This document shows positions 26,447 to 36,119 of a DNA stretch of 64,000 nt, piece by piece. The DNA lies in assembly GCA_039908285.1 (NCBI GenBank), contig JAMOBE010000001.1:21155-85154 (forward strand). The letters are read 5' to 3'. Origin of the DNA: Alphaproteobacteria bacterium. GTDB lineage: Bacteria; Pseudomonadota; Alphaproteobacteria; Rhodospirillales; Rhodospirillaceae. Numbering within the stretch: the stretch's first letter is position 1; each line of letters starts with the position of its first letter. Below the pieces are notes generated by a model that had not been told where the DNA came from, did not search any database, and saw only the letters and a program-made list of their open reading frames with translations. A program made the translations under genes and the position numbers.

Positions 26447-28549
26447 CTAGTGGAACGATGCGTTGGCGTTGACGCTGATGGAGTGGACCTGGTTGACGTA
26501 CATGCCGGTGCTCTGCGCGATGCTGATGATGCCGCGAGAGTTGTCCATGGTCAGGCCGGCGAGGGCGCCGGTGTAGAACGTGGCCGACACGTTGCCGCCG
26601 TTGCCGGCGTTGTTGGTGCCACCGGTCGCATTGGCGGTCTGGCTGTTGCTGACCGTCTGATCGTTGGCGGCATGCTGGGTGCTGGCGGCGTCCTGGGTGT
26701 TGTTGGCCGCCTGGTCGCTGGTCGCCTGCTGGCTGTTGCCGGCCGTCTGATCGTTGGTGGCGGCCTGCTGGGTCTTGGCCTTCTGGTCGCTGGAAGCCGC
26801 CTGGTCGTTGTTGGCCGCCTGCTGGGTCTTGGTCTTCTGAGCACTGGTGGCGGCCTGGTCGTTGGTGGTGTTCTGCGCCGTCTTGGCCTTCACGTCAGTG
26901 CGGGCATTCGGATCGCTCGACGCGGTAAGAGTGTTGCCAGCGGTCTGATCCGCAGCGCCCGTCTGATCGTTGGTGGCGGTCTGGCTGTTGCCGGTCGTCT
27001 GATCGTTTGGACCACCGGTTGCCGTCGATTGAGAGGTCGGGCTGCCGGCCGCCGGATCGCCTGCGGTGGCGGTTGCCGCCTGATCGGTACGGTTCTTCGC
27101 CGTGGCATAACGAGCACCGCCGTCGCCACCTGGTGTCGCGGCTGCCGCCGCGGCTGTCGCCGGAATTCCATCCGGGGTCGGGGAGGCCGCTGCCGCCGCT
27201 GCTGCCGCTGCCGCACCGTCGCCGCCGTTGCTGTCGCCGTTGTTGCTGGCGGAGCTGCCGCTGAGGCTCAGGTTGGCGGCACCGGCCAGGCTGGCGGCGT
27301 TACCACCAATGCTCTTGCTGCGGCTGTCGGCGTCGCCGGCATAGCCCCAGGTCTTGGCATAGCCCTTGTTCTTCGCGGTGGCGTCGTTGACGTCGGCCCG
27401 ATTCCTGGCGGTGGCGTCGTTGGAGACGTCAGCCTTGGCCTTGGAGCTGCCATTCAGATCGGCGTCAGACCAGGTCTTGGCCTTGGCGTCGTTGCTGAGC
27501 GTGGCGTCGGCCGTCGTGGTGCCCTTGTTCTTCGCGGTGGCGTCGTTGCTGAGATCGGCATCGGCCTTCGTGTAGCCCTTGTTCTTCAGAGAAGCGTCGT
27601 TGGTCGCATTCGCGTCGTTCTTGGTGTAGCCCTTGTTCTTGGCGGAGCCGTCATTGCTGACGGTGGCGTCGTTGCTGGCCTTGCCCTTGTTCGTGGCATA
27701 GCCCTTGCTCTTCGCGGTCGCTTCGGCGCCGTAGGCATCGCCGCCGGTGGTGTTGCCGGTGGAGCTGTAGATCTCGCTGTAGCTGTTGGTGGCATTCAGC
27801 TCGGTCTTGTTGACCTGACGAAGGTTGTAGGAGTCGAAGATGTTGCCGGTTCCGGCCACGGCCGGACCGCTGCCCGAATGGGCCAGCATGGCGGCGCCAT
27901 TGGCGACATCGCCGTTCTCGGACAGGGCCGAGCCGCCGGTGGCCACGTCGCGGTTCTTCTGGATGGAGTTGCCGCTCGAGGCATCGCCACTGTCGGTGGC
28001 CGCCGAGCCATTGTTGGCGACGGCGTCGGTGCCGGTCGCCGAGCCATTGTTGGCGTTCTTCACGTTGCCGCTGCCCGAGGAGGCGGAGCCGTCACGGGCC
28101 AGGCCGGCATCGCCGGAGCCACTCGCCACCGAGCCATTGTCGGCGAACGGGCTGAAGGCGTCGCCACTCTTGGTCGCGGCCGAATGCTGGGTCGCGGCGG
28201 CGCTGTCATAGAAGGCGGACTCGCCGGCCTTCAGAGCCGTCGAGCTGTTGTTGGCCATCACGTCCCCACGCATGGCCTGGCTGGCGTTGGCGGCCGCGAG
28301 GCGGGCGCTCAGGGCGGTGGCGCCGCCGGTGGCCTGGGCACCGCTGCCATTGTCCATGAGGGTTGAGCCGTTGGCGACCGAGGGACCGCCATACTGGGCG
28401 GTGCTGCCCTGTGCGGCCACGGCGTCACGGGCGGTGATCGCGGAGGCGTCGGGCCCGACGGCGACCAGGGCATCCTGCGCCTGCGCTCCGGACGAAATCG
28501 CAGCCATCAGCGCCAGGGCCGAAGCGCTGGCAAGCAAGTCGAATCTCAT
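26447..28549 (-). CDS. Large secreted repeat-rich fibre/adhesin-like protein (700 aa)
   Basis: ATG 28549 lies 8 nt after GGGAGA. Signal peptide MRFDLLASASALALMAAISSGAQA. Three compositional modules: NGS/GD-rich, K/N/D/A/T-rich ~11-aa repeats (NDATAKNKGYTK...), and Q/T/N/A-rich TNDQxA repeats. C-terminus GIISIAQSTGMYVNQVHSISVNANASFH. Confidence 0.8.
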   Translation of the reverse strand: MRFDLLASASALALMAAISSGAQAQDALVAVGPDASAITARDAVAAQGSTAQYGGPSVANGSTLMDNGSGAQATGGATALSARLAAANASQAMRGDVMANNSSTALKAGESAFYDSAAATQHSAATKSGDAFSPFADNGSVASGSGDAGLARDGSASSGSGNVKNANNGSATGTDAVANNGSAATDSGDASSGNSIQKNRDVATGGSALSENGDVANGAAMLAHSGSGPAVAGTGNIFDSYNLRQVNKTELNATNSYSEIYSSTGNTTGGDAYGAEATAKSKGYATNKGKASNDATVSNDGSAKNKGYTKNDANATNDASLKNKGYTKADADLSNDATAKNKGTTTADATLSNDAKAKTWSDADLNGSSKAKADVSNDATARNRADVNDATAKNKGYAKTWGYAGDADSRSKSIGGNAASLAGAANLSLSGSSASNNGDSNGGDGAAAAAAAAAASPTPDGIPATAAAAAATPGGDGGARYATAKNRTDQAATATAGDPAAGSPTSQSTATGGPNDQTTGNSQTATNDQTGAADQTAGNTLTASSDPNARTDVKAKTAQNTTNDQAATSAQKTKTQQAANNDQAASSDQKAKTQQAATNDQTAGNSQQATSDQAANNTQDAASTQHAANDQTVSNSQTANATGGTNNAGNGGNVSATFYTGALAGLTMDNSRGIISIAQSTGMYVNQVHSISVNANASFH

Positions 28550-28790
28550 GAGCCTGTCTCCCAATGCGACGTGTTGATCGTTCGCGTGCCGGGTACGGTT
28601 GACCGCGGCACAGCCCCCTTCCGCAACCTCCGTGCCACCCGAAGCGACTCGCGGCAATCCATTGATTCGACAAGATTTTTGCAGTAGCCAGGCCGCATCG
28701 TCATGGCGTCACGATCCTTTCCGGTGTACACGGGTGGTACAGTGATGTTCAGTGGTGTGACAGTCCGTGGTTGCGGGAGGGATGGAGCCG

Positions 28791-29369
28791 ATGACGGGCA
28801 GGGGGCGATGGCTGGGAGTGGTTCTGGGAGTGGTTCTGGGGGTGACGGGCGCTCCCGCCGCCGCGGGGACGCAGTCCTGGGCGGACGCGGCCGTGACCGC
28901 CATGGTCGAAGCCATGCTGCGCTCCCTGCCCAGGGACACGCGGGTGACCTATGACAGGCTGCACACCGACACCCGCGCCCGCACCTTCGAGGTCGCGGGG
29001 CTTCAGGTCAGGCGCGAGGGCGGCGACATGGTCGGCTCGGGAAAACTGGAGCGGTTGCGGGCGAGCGGCGTCGACGTGCTGGCGGCCCTGTCGGGGAAGC
29101 CCTTCACCGCCGAGCGCATCGAACTGACCCGACTGAGAGTAAGCGAAACACCGCGGGACCGGAAAAAAAACCGAACCAAGGGTGGTACCTATGCCGCCAA
29201 CGCCATCCTCATCGAGGAGGCAAGGGTGCCGTCATTCATCGCCATGGCCCAGTCGGGGGGATCGCCGGAGCAGCCACTTCCGGGCCTCACGTTCGCACGG
29301 GCCACCATCGACGGCGTGGCGGTCCAGGATGTCCCGCAAGCCCTGGCGCGGCTGCGGCGCCGACGCTGA
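28791..29369 (+). CDS. Secreted hypothetical protein, divergent from the fibre operon
   Basis: MTGRGRWLGVVLGVVLGVTGAPAAAG signal peptide (contains a 12-bp tandem duplication). ATG 28791 lies ~10 nt after GGGAGGG. No family recognised. Confidence 0.6.
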   Translation: MTGRGRWLGVVLGVVLGVTGAPAAAGTQSWADAAVTAMVEAMLRSLPRDTRVTYDRLHTDTRARTFEVAGLQVRREGGDMVGSGKLERLRASGVDVLAALSGKPFTAERIELTRLRVSETPRDRKKNRTKGGTYAANAILIEEARVPSFIAMAQSGGSPEQPLPGLTFARATIDGVAVQDVPQALARLRRRR

Positions 29370-29620
29370 AAGCCTCCCTCGGGAACAGATGGAGCGCATG
29401 CCCCATGACCCGCCCATACGCATTATCCCTACGGATGCGCTCCACGCACCGCATGGCGTAGTTCCAGTGGATCAGGCGTCAGGACGTAGACCGTGAGGCC
29501 GGATTGCCTGCGGCGCCGCATCGGGTCACCTTTGCGAGACAGCGGAACCCGGCCCGCGGATCGCCACTTCTCCGTCGAGGGCCGTGTTGGCGGTGCGCAG
29601 AGAAACGTCAAGGGGAGCCC

Positions 29621-30421
29621 ATGGACCGAGGAGTCGCCGTCAGGCCCGTAGCGGACGCCGCGCGCGCCGTCAGCCCGTTGACCAGGAAGCTGCGTCAGGG
29701 TCTGGCGCTGAGCCGCGAGGAGGCTGCCGTCGCCGAGGATCTGCTGTCCCAGCGTCGGAGCGTCAGGGCCAACACCGATATCGTCGTGGACGGCGACGAG
29801 TACGGCGCCATCCTGATCGTCTGCGAGGGCTGGGCCTATCGCTACAAGCTCCTTGCCGACGGGCGGCGGCAGATCCTCAATTTCGTGCTGCCGGGGGACG
29901 GGATCGGCTCCTATGCCAGCCTGTTCACCATCGCCGCCAACTCGGTGCAGTCCCTGACCGACGTGGTGCTCGGCGTCATCGCCCCGGACCGACTCCACCA
30001 CATCAACCGGCACCATCCGCGCCTGTCGGGCGCCCTCAGCCGGTCGCTGGCCCAGGGGGAGTCGATGCTGGCCGAGCACGTGGTCCGCATCGGACGGCGC
30101 ACCGCCTACGAGCGCATGGCCCATCTGCTGATGGAGCTGCTGATGCGGCTGCAGGCGGTGGGGTTCGCCGACCACCGGTCCTACGACCTGCCGCTGACCC
30201 AGGAGATCCTGGCCGATGCGCTGGGCCTCAGCATCGTCCATGTCAATCGGACGCTGCGGCAGCTCCGCCGTGACGGCCTTCTCCGCATCGAGGGGCGGCG
30301 CATCGTCATCGACGACGTCGATCGCCTGACCGAGGTGGCCGAGTTCGAACCCGGATACCTCGAACAGGGTCGCGAGGCGCGAAGCGGCGACGGAGGAGTC
30401 CTTGCCTCCGTCTTCGCCTGA
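29621..30421 (+). CDS. Crp/Fnr-family transcriptional regulator
   Basis: cNMP-binding-like beta-roll (ILIVCEGWAYRYKLLADGRRQILNFVLPGDGIG) and C-terminal HTH (LPLTQEILADALGLSIVHVNRTLRQLRRDGLL). No N-terminal Cys cluster. ATG 29621 follows AAGGGGA. Confidence 0.88.
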   Translation: MDRGVAVRPVADAARAVSPLTRKLRQGLALSREEAAVAEDLLSQRRSVRANTDIVVDGDEYGAILIVCEGWAYRYKLLADGRRQILNFVLPGDGIGSYASLFTIAANSVQSLTDVVLGVIAPDRLHHINRHHPRLSGALSRSLAQGESMLAEHVVRIGRRTAYERMAHLLMELLMRLQAVGFADHRSYDLPLTQEILADALGLSIVHVNRTLRQLRRDGLLRIEGRRIVIDDVDRLTEVAEFEPGYLEQGREARSGDGGVLASVFA

Positions 30422-30443
30422 GGACAAAGGTTAACGTAGGTCA

Positions 30444-30899
30444 ATGACGACCCCGGCCGGAAGCGGGAGAGTGGGCAGGGAGCTGGCGTTGGTTCTGGGA
30501 GCGGGCAAGACGATGACACGTCATGAGGCGACCGTACGTCAAATCGAGTTCTGGCGCGAGGTGACCAACTCCGTCGGCGTGCGCGGACGGGCGACGCTGA
30601 TGACGGTGGACATCGCGGAGGAGACTCCCGACCCGGAGGCGGTCGAGGAGGCCATCCGGCGCTTCTGTGCCTTCGAGCGGGTGAGCGACTGGCGCCGTCT
30701 GGCCGACGGTTACGACGTCCGGGTGGCGGGCGCCGTCAGTCCGCGGATGCTGGTGCCCTGGCTCGACTACCCGGTCCTTGAGGACATCGATGAGTTGATC
30801 GGCGACGAGGACGAGAACGAGGACGAGGACGGCGACCAGCCGAGGCGGATGCTCCGCCAGCGCGCGAGCCTGCGGACCATGCGGCGGCCCGTCGGCTGA
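30444..30899 (+). CDS. Hypothetical acidic protein
   Basis: Coding-like ORF with an acidic tail ([18 protein letters not shown]). The true start is possibly ATG 30513 (MTRHEATV). No family recognised. Confidence 0.45.
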   Translation: MTTPAGSGRVGRELALVLGAGKTMTRHEATVRQIEFWREVTNSVGVRGRATLMTVDIAEETPDPEAVEEAIRRFCAFERVSDWRRLADGYDVRVAGAVSPRMLVPWLDYPVLEDIDELIGDEDENEDEDGDQPRRMLRQRASLRTMRRPVG

Positions 30900-30969
30900 G
30901 TCCCGGGAAAATCCCTCTCCCACCCTTCAGGGGGAAGGTTTCTTGTGGACGCGATACATTTTCAGCCTC

Positions 30970-31875
<906 letters not shown>

Positions 31876-31879
31876 CGGA

Positions 31880-33889
31880 TCACAGACCGCCGGTGACGGC
31901 GGCCTCGACGGCCAGCGCCCGCGCCTCGGTGTCGAGCCCGACCAGGCGCAGGGCGGCGACCACGTGATGGAGGGTGGCCGGATCGACCGCTCCCGGGTCC
32001 TTGCCCCCCAGGGCGATGATGGACAGGAGCACGGTCTCCCCCACCCGGCGGCCGGCGGCGGCCTGGGTCAGGGCGTGCCATACCGGCAGCCCCGGCAGCT
32101 GGGCCTGGTGCAGTCCGGGACTCTCCATAACCTCGGCCCACTCGTTGCCGCTCAGGGGCTCGCCCACCGCATCGAGGGCGTTGAGCAGCAGGATCGACCG
32201 CGCGGTCAGGCGCTCGGCCGGAATGTCCCCCTGGGCGGTGCGCCAGGCGCCGAAGGCCTCGGCCGACCACGGCTCGCCCTGGGTCGGGTGGGACAGCCGG
32301 GCCAGCGGCCACAGGGTGCGCGCCGCCTGTGCCGCCTCGTCGGAGCTGGCGGCGAACTGCTGGGCCAGGCCGAACCACGAGGCGGCCAGGTCGTTCCGCC
32401 CCGCCGCCATCAGCGCCCGCGCCGCCCGTCCGGAGAACCAGGCGAGATCGGGACCGGGCTGCATCGCCTCGATCATCGGCTGATAGACCCGGGCCGCGGT
32501 GAGGAAAGCCGCTCCCCGCGACAGGTCGAGGACGCGGCTGATGAGGCCGGCCCGCGCGCCGCTGTCCGACTGCATCAGGATGATCTGGTACAGGAGAGCC
32601 CGCAGACGCGGAGTCTTGTCCACGGCGATGTCGGCGGGTGGGGTGGCCCGCTCGGCCTCGCCGAACTCGATGGCCCGGTAGACATCGCGCAGGATGGCGG
32701 TGTCGAGGGCCCCCATGCCCTCCGCCCGCTCGGCGGCGGCGAGTCGCATGTCGGCATCGGTGCCGGTACTCTGCGCCATCGCCCGCAGTACCGCCGGCGA
32801 GGCCGTCTTCAGCAGATCCTTCGGGAAGGGAGCCTTGGCCGCGCGCACGATGGCGATGGTAAGGGGAGACGGATCGGGAAGGCTCTTCAGCGACCACTTG
32901 TGCAGTCCAAGCAGAGTCTCGATGCCATGGACGAACACCGGCTCCTCGTGACCGCGCTCCCGCAGCACATCGAAGCTGGTCGCGGCGCTCTCCCGGTTGC
33001 CGGCCAGGATTTGGCACAGGATGAACGCCTTCTGCCAGAAGACATCGGGAAACGCCTTGATCGCCGAACCGACGTCGCGGCAGGCGGCGTTGGTGTCGCC
33101 GTCGATCAGCAGGCTGTCCACCCGGCTGCGCAGCACCGACTCGGTGACGTTGACCGGCGCCACCATGCCGATGATGGTGGCCACGTCGTCGGTCCGGCCA
33201 AGCGCCACCAGCCGCTCCAGCCGAAGTGGCAGCAGCGGCAGCGTCGACCCGCCGGGAGACGGCGGCGGCGGCGCGGCGACCGTGGTCAGAAGGCGGCGCG
33301 CCAGGGCATGGACCGTGTGGGACGGCGTGTCCACCGGCATGATGGAAAGCCCCCGGCGGATCAGGTCGCGGCTGCCGCCCTGCCACATGGCCGGGCCCAG
33401 GCCGCCGTGCGGCGGCTCGGCAAGGCCAAGGGAGTCCGGGTCGACGGCGGCCAGGGGCTCGCTCTGAATGCGGCCGAGGGGCACCGGCCGCGTCGGACGC
33501 CCGGCAGCCGGGCGCGACGGAGCTGGCTGGCCCGGTGCCGTGGTTGCCGGTGCCGTGGTTGCCGGTGCCGTGGTCTGGGCCGGCAGCGGTTGTCGTGGCG
33601 CACCCTCGGCAGGGGTGGCCGACTCGCCGGCCGCCGGGAGCAATGGTCGCGCTCCCCCCGGAGGGCTGCCGGGAACCGCCACGGCCGGATCGGTGGCCAC
33701 GGTTGGCTGGGCCGGCTGGGCCGGCTGGCGGTCGAACTCGGTCTCCCGGTCCCAGGGCTGCACCAGCGGCACGGGCTTGCGCTCCTGCCCCGCGGCGGGC
33801 GCGATGGCCAGGACGGCGAGGACCGGGACGGCGAGGACCGCGGTCGCGATCCGGTGCCGCCACCGGCGGTCAGCGGGTGAAGCGGTCAT
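31880..33889 (-). CDS. Large conserved periplasmic protein of unknown function (Pro-rich N-terminal region, helical repeat body)
   Basis: 669 aa. Signal or anchor segment [21 protein letters not shown]. Pro/Ala/Thr-rich region with [15 protein letters not shown]. The long alpha-helical remainder is TPR-like by eye. Translationally adjacent to xerD. Confidence 0.7.
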   Translation of the reverse strand: MTASPADRRWRHRIATAVLAVPVLAVLAIAPAAGQERKPVPLVQPWDRETEFDRQPAQPAQPTVATDPAVAVPGSPPGGARPLLPAAGESATPAEGAPRQPLPAQTTAPATTAPATTAPGQPAPSRPAAGRPTRPVPLGRIQSEPLAAVDPDSLGLAEPPHGGLGPAMWQGGSRDLIRRGLSIMPVDTPSHTVHALARRLLTTVAAPPPPSPGGSTLPLLPLRLERLVALGRTDDVATIIGMVAPVNVTESVLRSRVDSLLIDGDTNAACRDVGSAIKAFPDVFWQKAFILCQILAGNRESAATSFDVLRERGHEEPVFVHGIETLLGLHKWSLKSLPDPSPLTIAIVRAAKAPFPKDLLKTASPAVLRAMAQSTGTDADMRLAAAERAEGMGALDTAILRDVYRAIEFGEAERATPPADIAVDKTPRLRALLYQIILMQSDSGARAGLISRVLDLSRGAAFLTAARVYQPMIEAMQPGPDLAWFSGRAARALMAAGRNDLAASWFGLAQQFAASSDEAAQAARTLWPLARLSHPTQGEPWSAEAFGAWRTAQGDIPAERLTARSILLLNALDAVGEPLSGNEWAEVMESPGLHQAQLPGLPVWHALTQAAAGRRVGETVLLSIIALGGKDPGAVDPATLHHVVAALRLVGLDTEARALAVEAAVTGGL

Positions 33890-34010
33890 TCTGGATCACC
33901 TTCTCGACCTTGGTGGTTGGGGGAGGCATGTCCCACGAGGCGAGAAAGCCAACCGCGGCGATCAGGATGACGGCCATGAAAACAATCAGAACGCGTGTAA
34001 TATTCTGCAT
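33870..34010 (-). CDS. Possible 46-aa membrane peptide overlapping the start of the 669-aa gene
   Basis: Below the ORF-track size cutoff. [46 protein letters not shown] has one clear TM helix. Its stop lies 17 nt inside the downstream gene, suggesting coupling. The SD is weak. Confidence 0.3.
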   Translation of the reverse strand: MQNITRVLIVFMAVILIAAVGFLASWDMPPPTTKVEKVIQNDRFTR

Positions 34011-34202
34011 TTCGCCAAGGACTCAAACTGGACTGGATCAACGGCTCTGGACACGGACCGCCCGGACCGATACAAGCCGCAGGGACGGGGCTCGCCGGAC
34101 ATGATAGGCTGTACCGGTGGGCGGCCCACAGTGTATAGGGTTGCGCTCAGGCTTTCAATGTGGCGCTCGGCGTGGCGTTCGGTCGAGCGGCCGACGGGGT
34201 GG

Positions 34203-34796
34203 ATGATGAACGGGCAATCGACGCCGGGCATGGCCGTGCCGCGCACGGTGGTGATGGTGGGACTGATGGGCGCCGGGAAAAGCGCCATCGGCAGGCGTTT
34301 GGCCACGCGAATCGGCCTTCCTTTCGTCGACGCCGACGCCGAGATCGAGGCCGCGGCCGGCTGTACCATCGACGACTTCTTCGCCCGCTATGGCGAATCG
34401 GCGTTCCGCGAGGGCGAGCGGCGGGTGATGGCCCGCCTCCTGTCCGGACCGGTGTGCGTCCTGGCGGCGGGGGGGGGCGCCTTCATCGACTCCGGCACCC
34501 GGGCCATCATTCGCGACAAGGCGGTCTCCGTCTGGCTGCGGGCGGACCTGGAGATCCTCGTCAATCGCACCAGCGGGCGTGGACACCGGCCGCTCCTCAA
34601 CCAGGGGGACCCGCGCGAGACCCTGCGACGGCTCATCGAGGTGCGCTATCCGATCTACGCCGAGGCGGACATCACCGTGGACAGCGTCGACGACGCCCGC
34701 GAGGCCATGGTGCAGAGAGTGGTGGAGTCGCTCGAGCGGCATTTCGGCATCATCATCAAGGAACCCGACGGTGACTCCTCAACCGGCAACCAGTGA
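34203..34796 (+). CDS. aroK: Shikimate kinase
   Basis: [34 protein letters not shown] (P-loop), then [12 protein letters not shown]...GGGAF. Followed by aroB. Confidence 0.92.
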   Translation: MMNGQSTPGMAVPRTVVMVGLMGAGKSAIGRRLATRIGLPFVDADAEIEAAAGCTIDDFFARYGESAFREGERRVMARLLSGPVCVLAAGGGAFIDSGTRAIIRDKAVSVWLRADLEILVNRTSGRGHRPLLNQGDPRETLRRLIEVRYPIYAEADITVDSVDDAREAMVQRVVESLERHFGIIIKEPDGDSSTGNQ

Positions 34797-35928
34797 CGTT
34801 CTGACCGTCGATCTCGGGCCACGCTCCTATGACATCCACGTCGGTGCCGGCCTCATCGACCGCGCCGGAGCAATGATCCGGCCGGTTCTCCGTCAGCCCC
34901 GGGTGTTCATCGTCACCGACGACACCGTCGCCCCCCTGTATCTCACCCGGCTGGAGCAGTCCCTGGCCGTCGCCGGGATCGAGTCGGCGCGCCTCGTCCT
35001 GCCCGCCGGCGAGCAGACCAAGGACTTCGCCCACCTGGAGCAGGTGGTAAGCGCCATGCTGGAGGCCCGCTGCGAGCGGCGGACCACGGTGGTGGCCCTC
35101 GGCGGCGGCGTCATCGGCGACCTGACCGGATTCGCGGCCGCCGTGCTGTTGCGCGGCGTCGACTTCGTGCAGATCCCGACCACGCTGCTGTCGCAGGTGG
35201 ACAGCTCGGTGGGCGGCAAGACCGGCATCAACACCGGCCACGGCAAGAACCTGGTGGGCGCCTTCCACCAGCCGCGGCTGGTGCTGGCCGACATCGCCAC
35301 CCTCGATACCCTGCCGCGGCGCGAGGTGCTGGCGGGATACGCCGAGGTGGTCAAGTACGGGCTGATCGACGATCCCGACTTCTTCGCCTGGCTGGAGGAG
35401 AACGGCACCCAGGTGGTGGCCGGCGACCCGACGGCCCGCCGGCGGGCGGTTCTCACCAGTTGTGCCGCCAAGGCCCGGGTGGTCGCCGCCGACGAGCGCG
35501 AGGATGGCCCCAGGGCGCTCCTCAATCTCGGTCACACCTTCGGGCACGTGCTGGAGGCCGAGACCGGCTATGGCGCCGAGCTTCTGCACGGCGAGGCGGT
35601 GGCCATCGGCATGACCCTGGCCTTCGCCCTGTCGGCCCGCATGGGCCTGTGTCCGCCGGCGGAGGCCCTGCGGGTGCGCCGCCATCTGGACGCCATCGGC
35701 CTGCCCACCAGTCCAAGGCAGATCGGCCCAAGGCAGATCGGCCCACAACAGATCGCCGGGCGCGTCTTCGACCCCGACCGGCTGCTGGCCCACATGGCCC
35801 AGGACAAGAAGGTCCGGGACGGCCGGGTGACCTTCGTCCTGGCGCGCGGCATCGGCCGCTCCTTCCTGAACCGGGAGGTGGACCCGGCCGACGTGCGGAC
35901 GGTGCTGGCCGAGGCGGTGGCGGGCTGA
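34771..35928 (+). CDS. aroB: 3-dehydroquinate synthase
   Basis: [68 protein letters not shown] 34771 overlaps the aroK end. Contains an in-frame 15-bp triplicated repeat at 35713-35757. Confidence 0.9.
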   Translation: MTPQPATSDVLTVDLGPRSYDIHVGAGLIDRAGAMIRPVLRQPRVFIVTDDTVAPLYLTRLEQSLAVAGIESARLVLPAGEQTKDFAHLEQVVSAMLEARCERRTTVVALGGGVIGDLTGFAAAVLLRGVDFVQIPTTLLSQVDSSVGGKTGINTGHGKNLVGAFHQPRLVLADIATLDTLPRREVLAGYAEVVKYGLIDDPDFFAWLEENGTQVVAGDPTARRRAVLTSCAAKARVVAADEREDGPRALLNLGHTFGHVLEAETGYGAELLHGEAVAIGMTLAFALSARMGLCPPAEALRVRRHLDAIGLPTSPRQIGPRQIGPQQIAGRVFDPDRLLAHMAQDKKVRDGRVTFVLARGIGRSFLNREVDPADVRTVLAEAVAG

Positions 35929-35961
35929 GAGAGTGAAAATGTATCGGCAGCATAACCATAA

Positions 35962-36083
35962 AAGCCCTCTCCCCCCTCTTCCGGGGGGAGAGGGTTGGGT
36001 GAGGGGGGCGCGAGGTTCCCGAGATGGTGCCGGTTGCCCCACCCCCTCACCCCGGCCCTCTCCCCCTCGAGGGGGAGAGGGAG
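35962..36083. repeat. REP composite (two hairpin units), same orientation and near-identical to 25812-25933
   Basis: AAAGCCCTCTCCCCCCTCTTCCGGGGGGAGAGGGTTGGGTGAGGGGGG...CCCCACCCCCTCACCCCGGCCCTCTCCCCCTCGAGGGGGAGAGGGAG. Confidence 0.9.
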
Positions 36084-36119
36084 TAAAGGGTCCGAAAACA
36101 TTTTCAGGCTCTGAGTGAC

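Noticed and set aside
28560-28790. Crp/Fnr operator in the divergent promoter region of the fibre operon, next to the Crp-family regulator gene.
   Set aside because: TTGAT-containing sequences occur (GTGTTGATCGTTC and CCATTGATTCGACAAG), but none forms the TTGAT-N4-ATCAA or TGTGA-N6-TCACA palindrome. No site can be supported from sequence alone.
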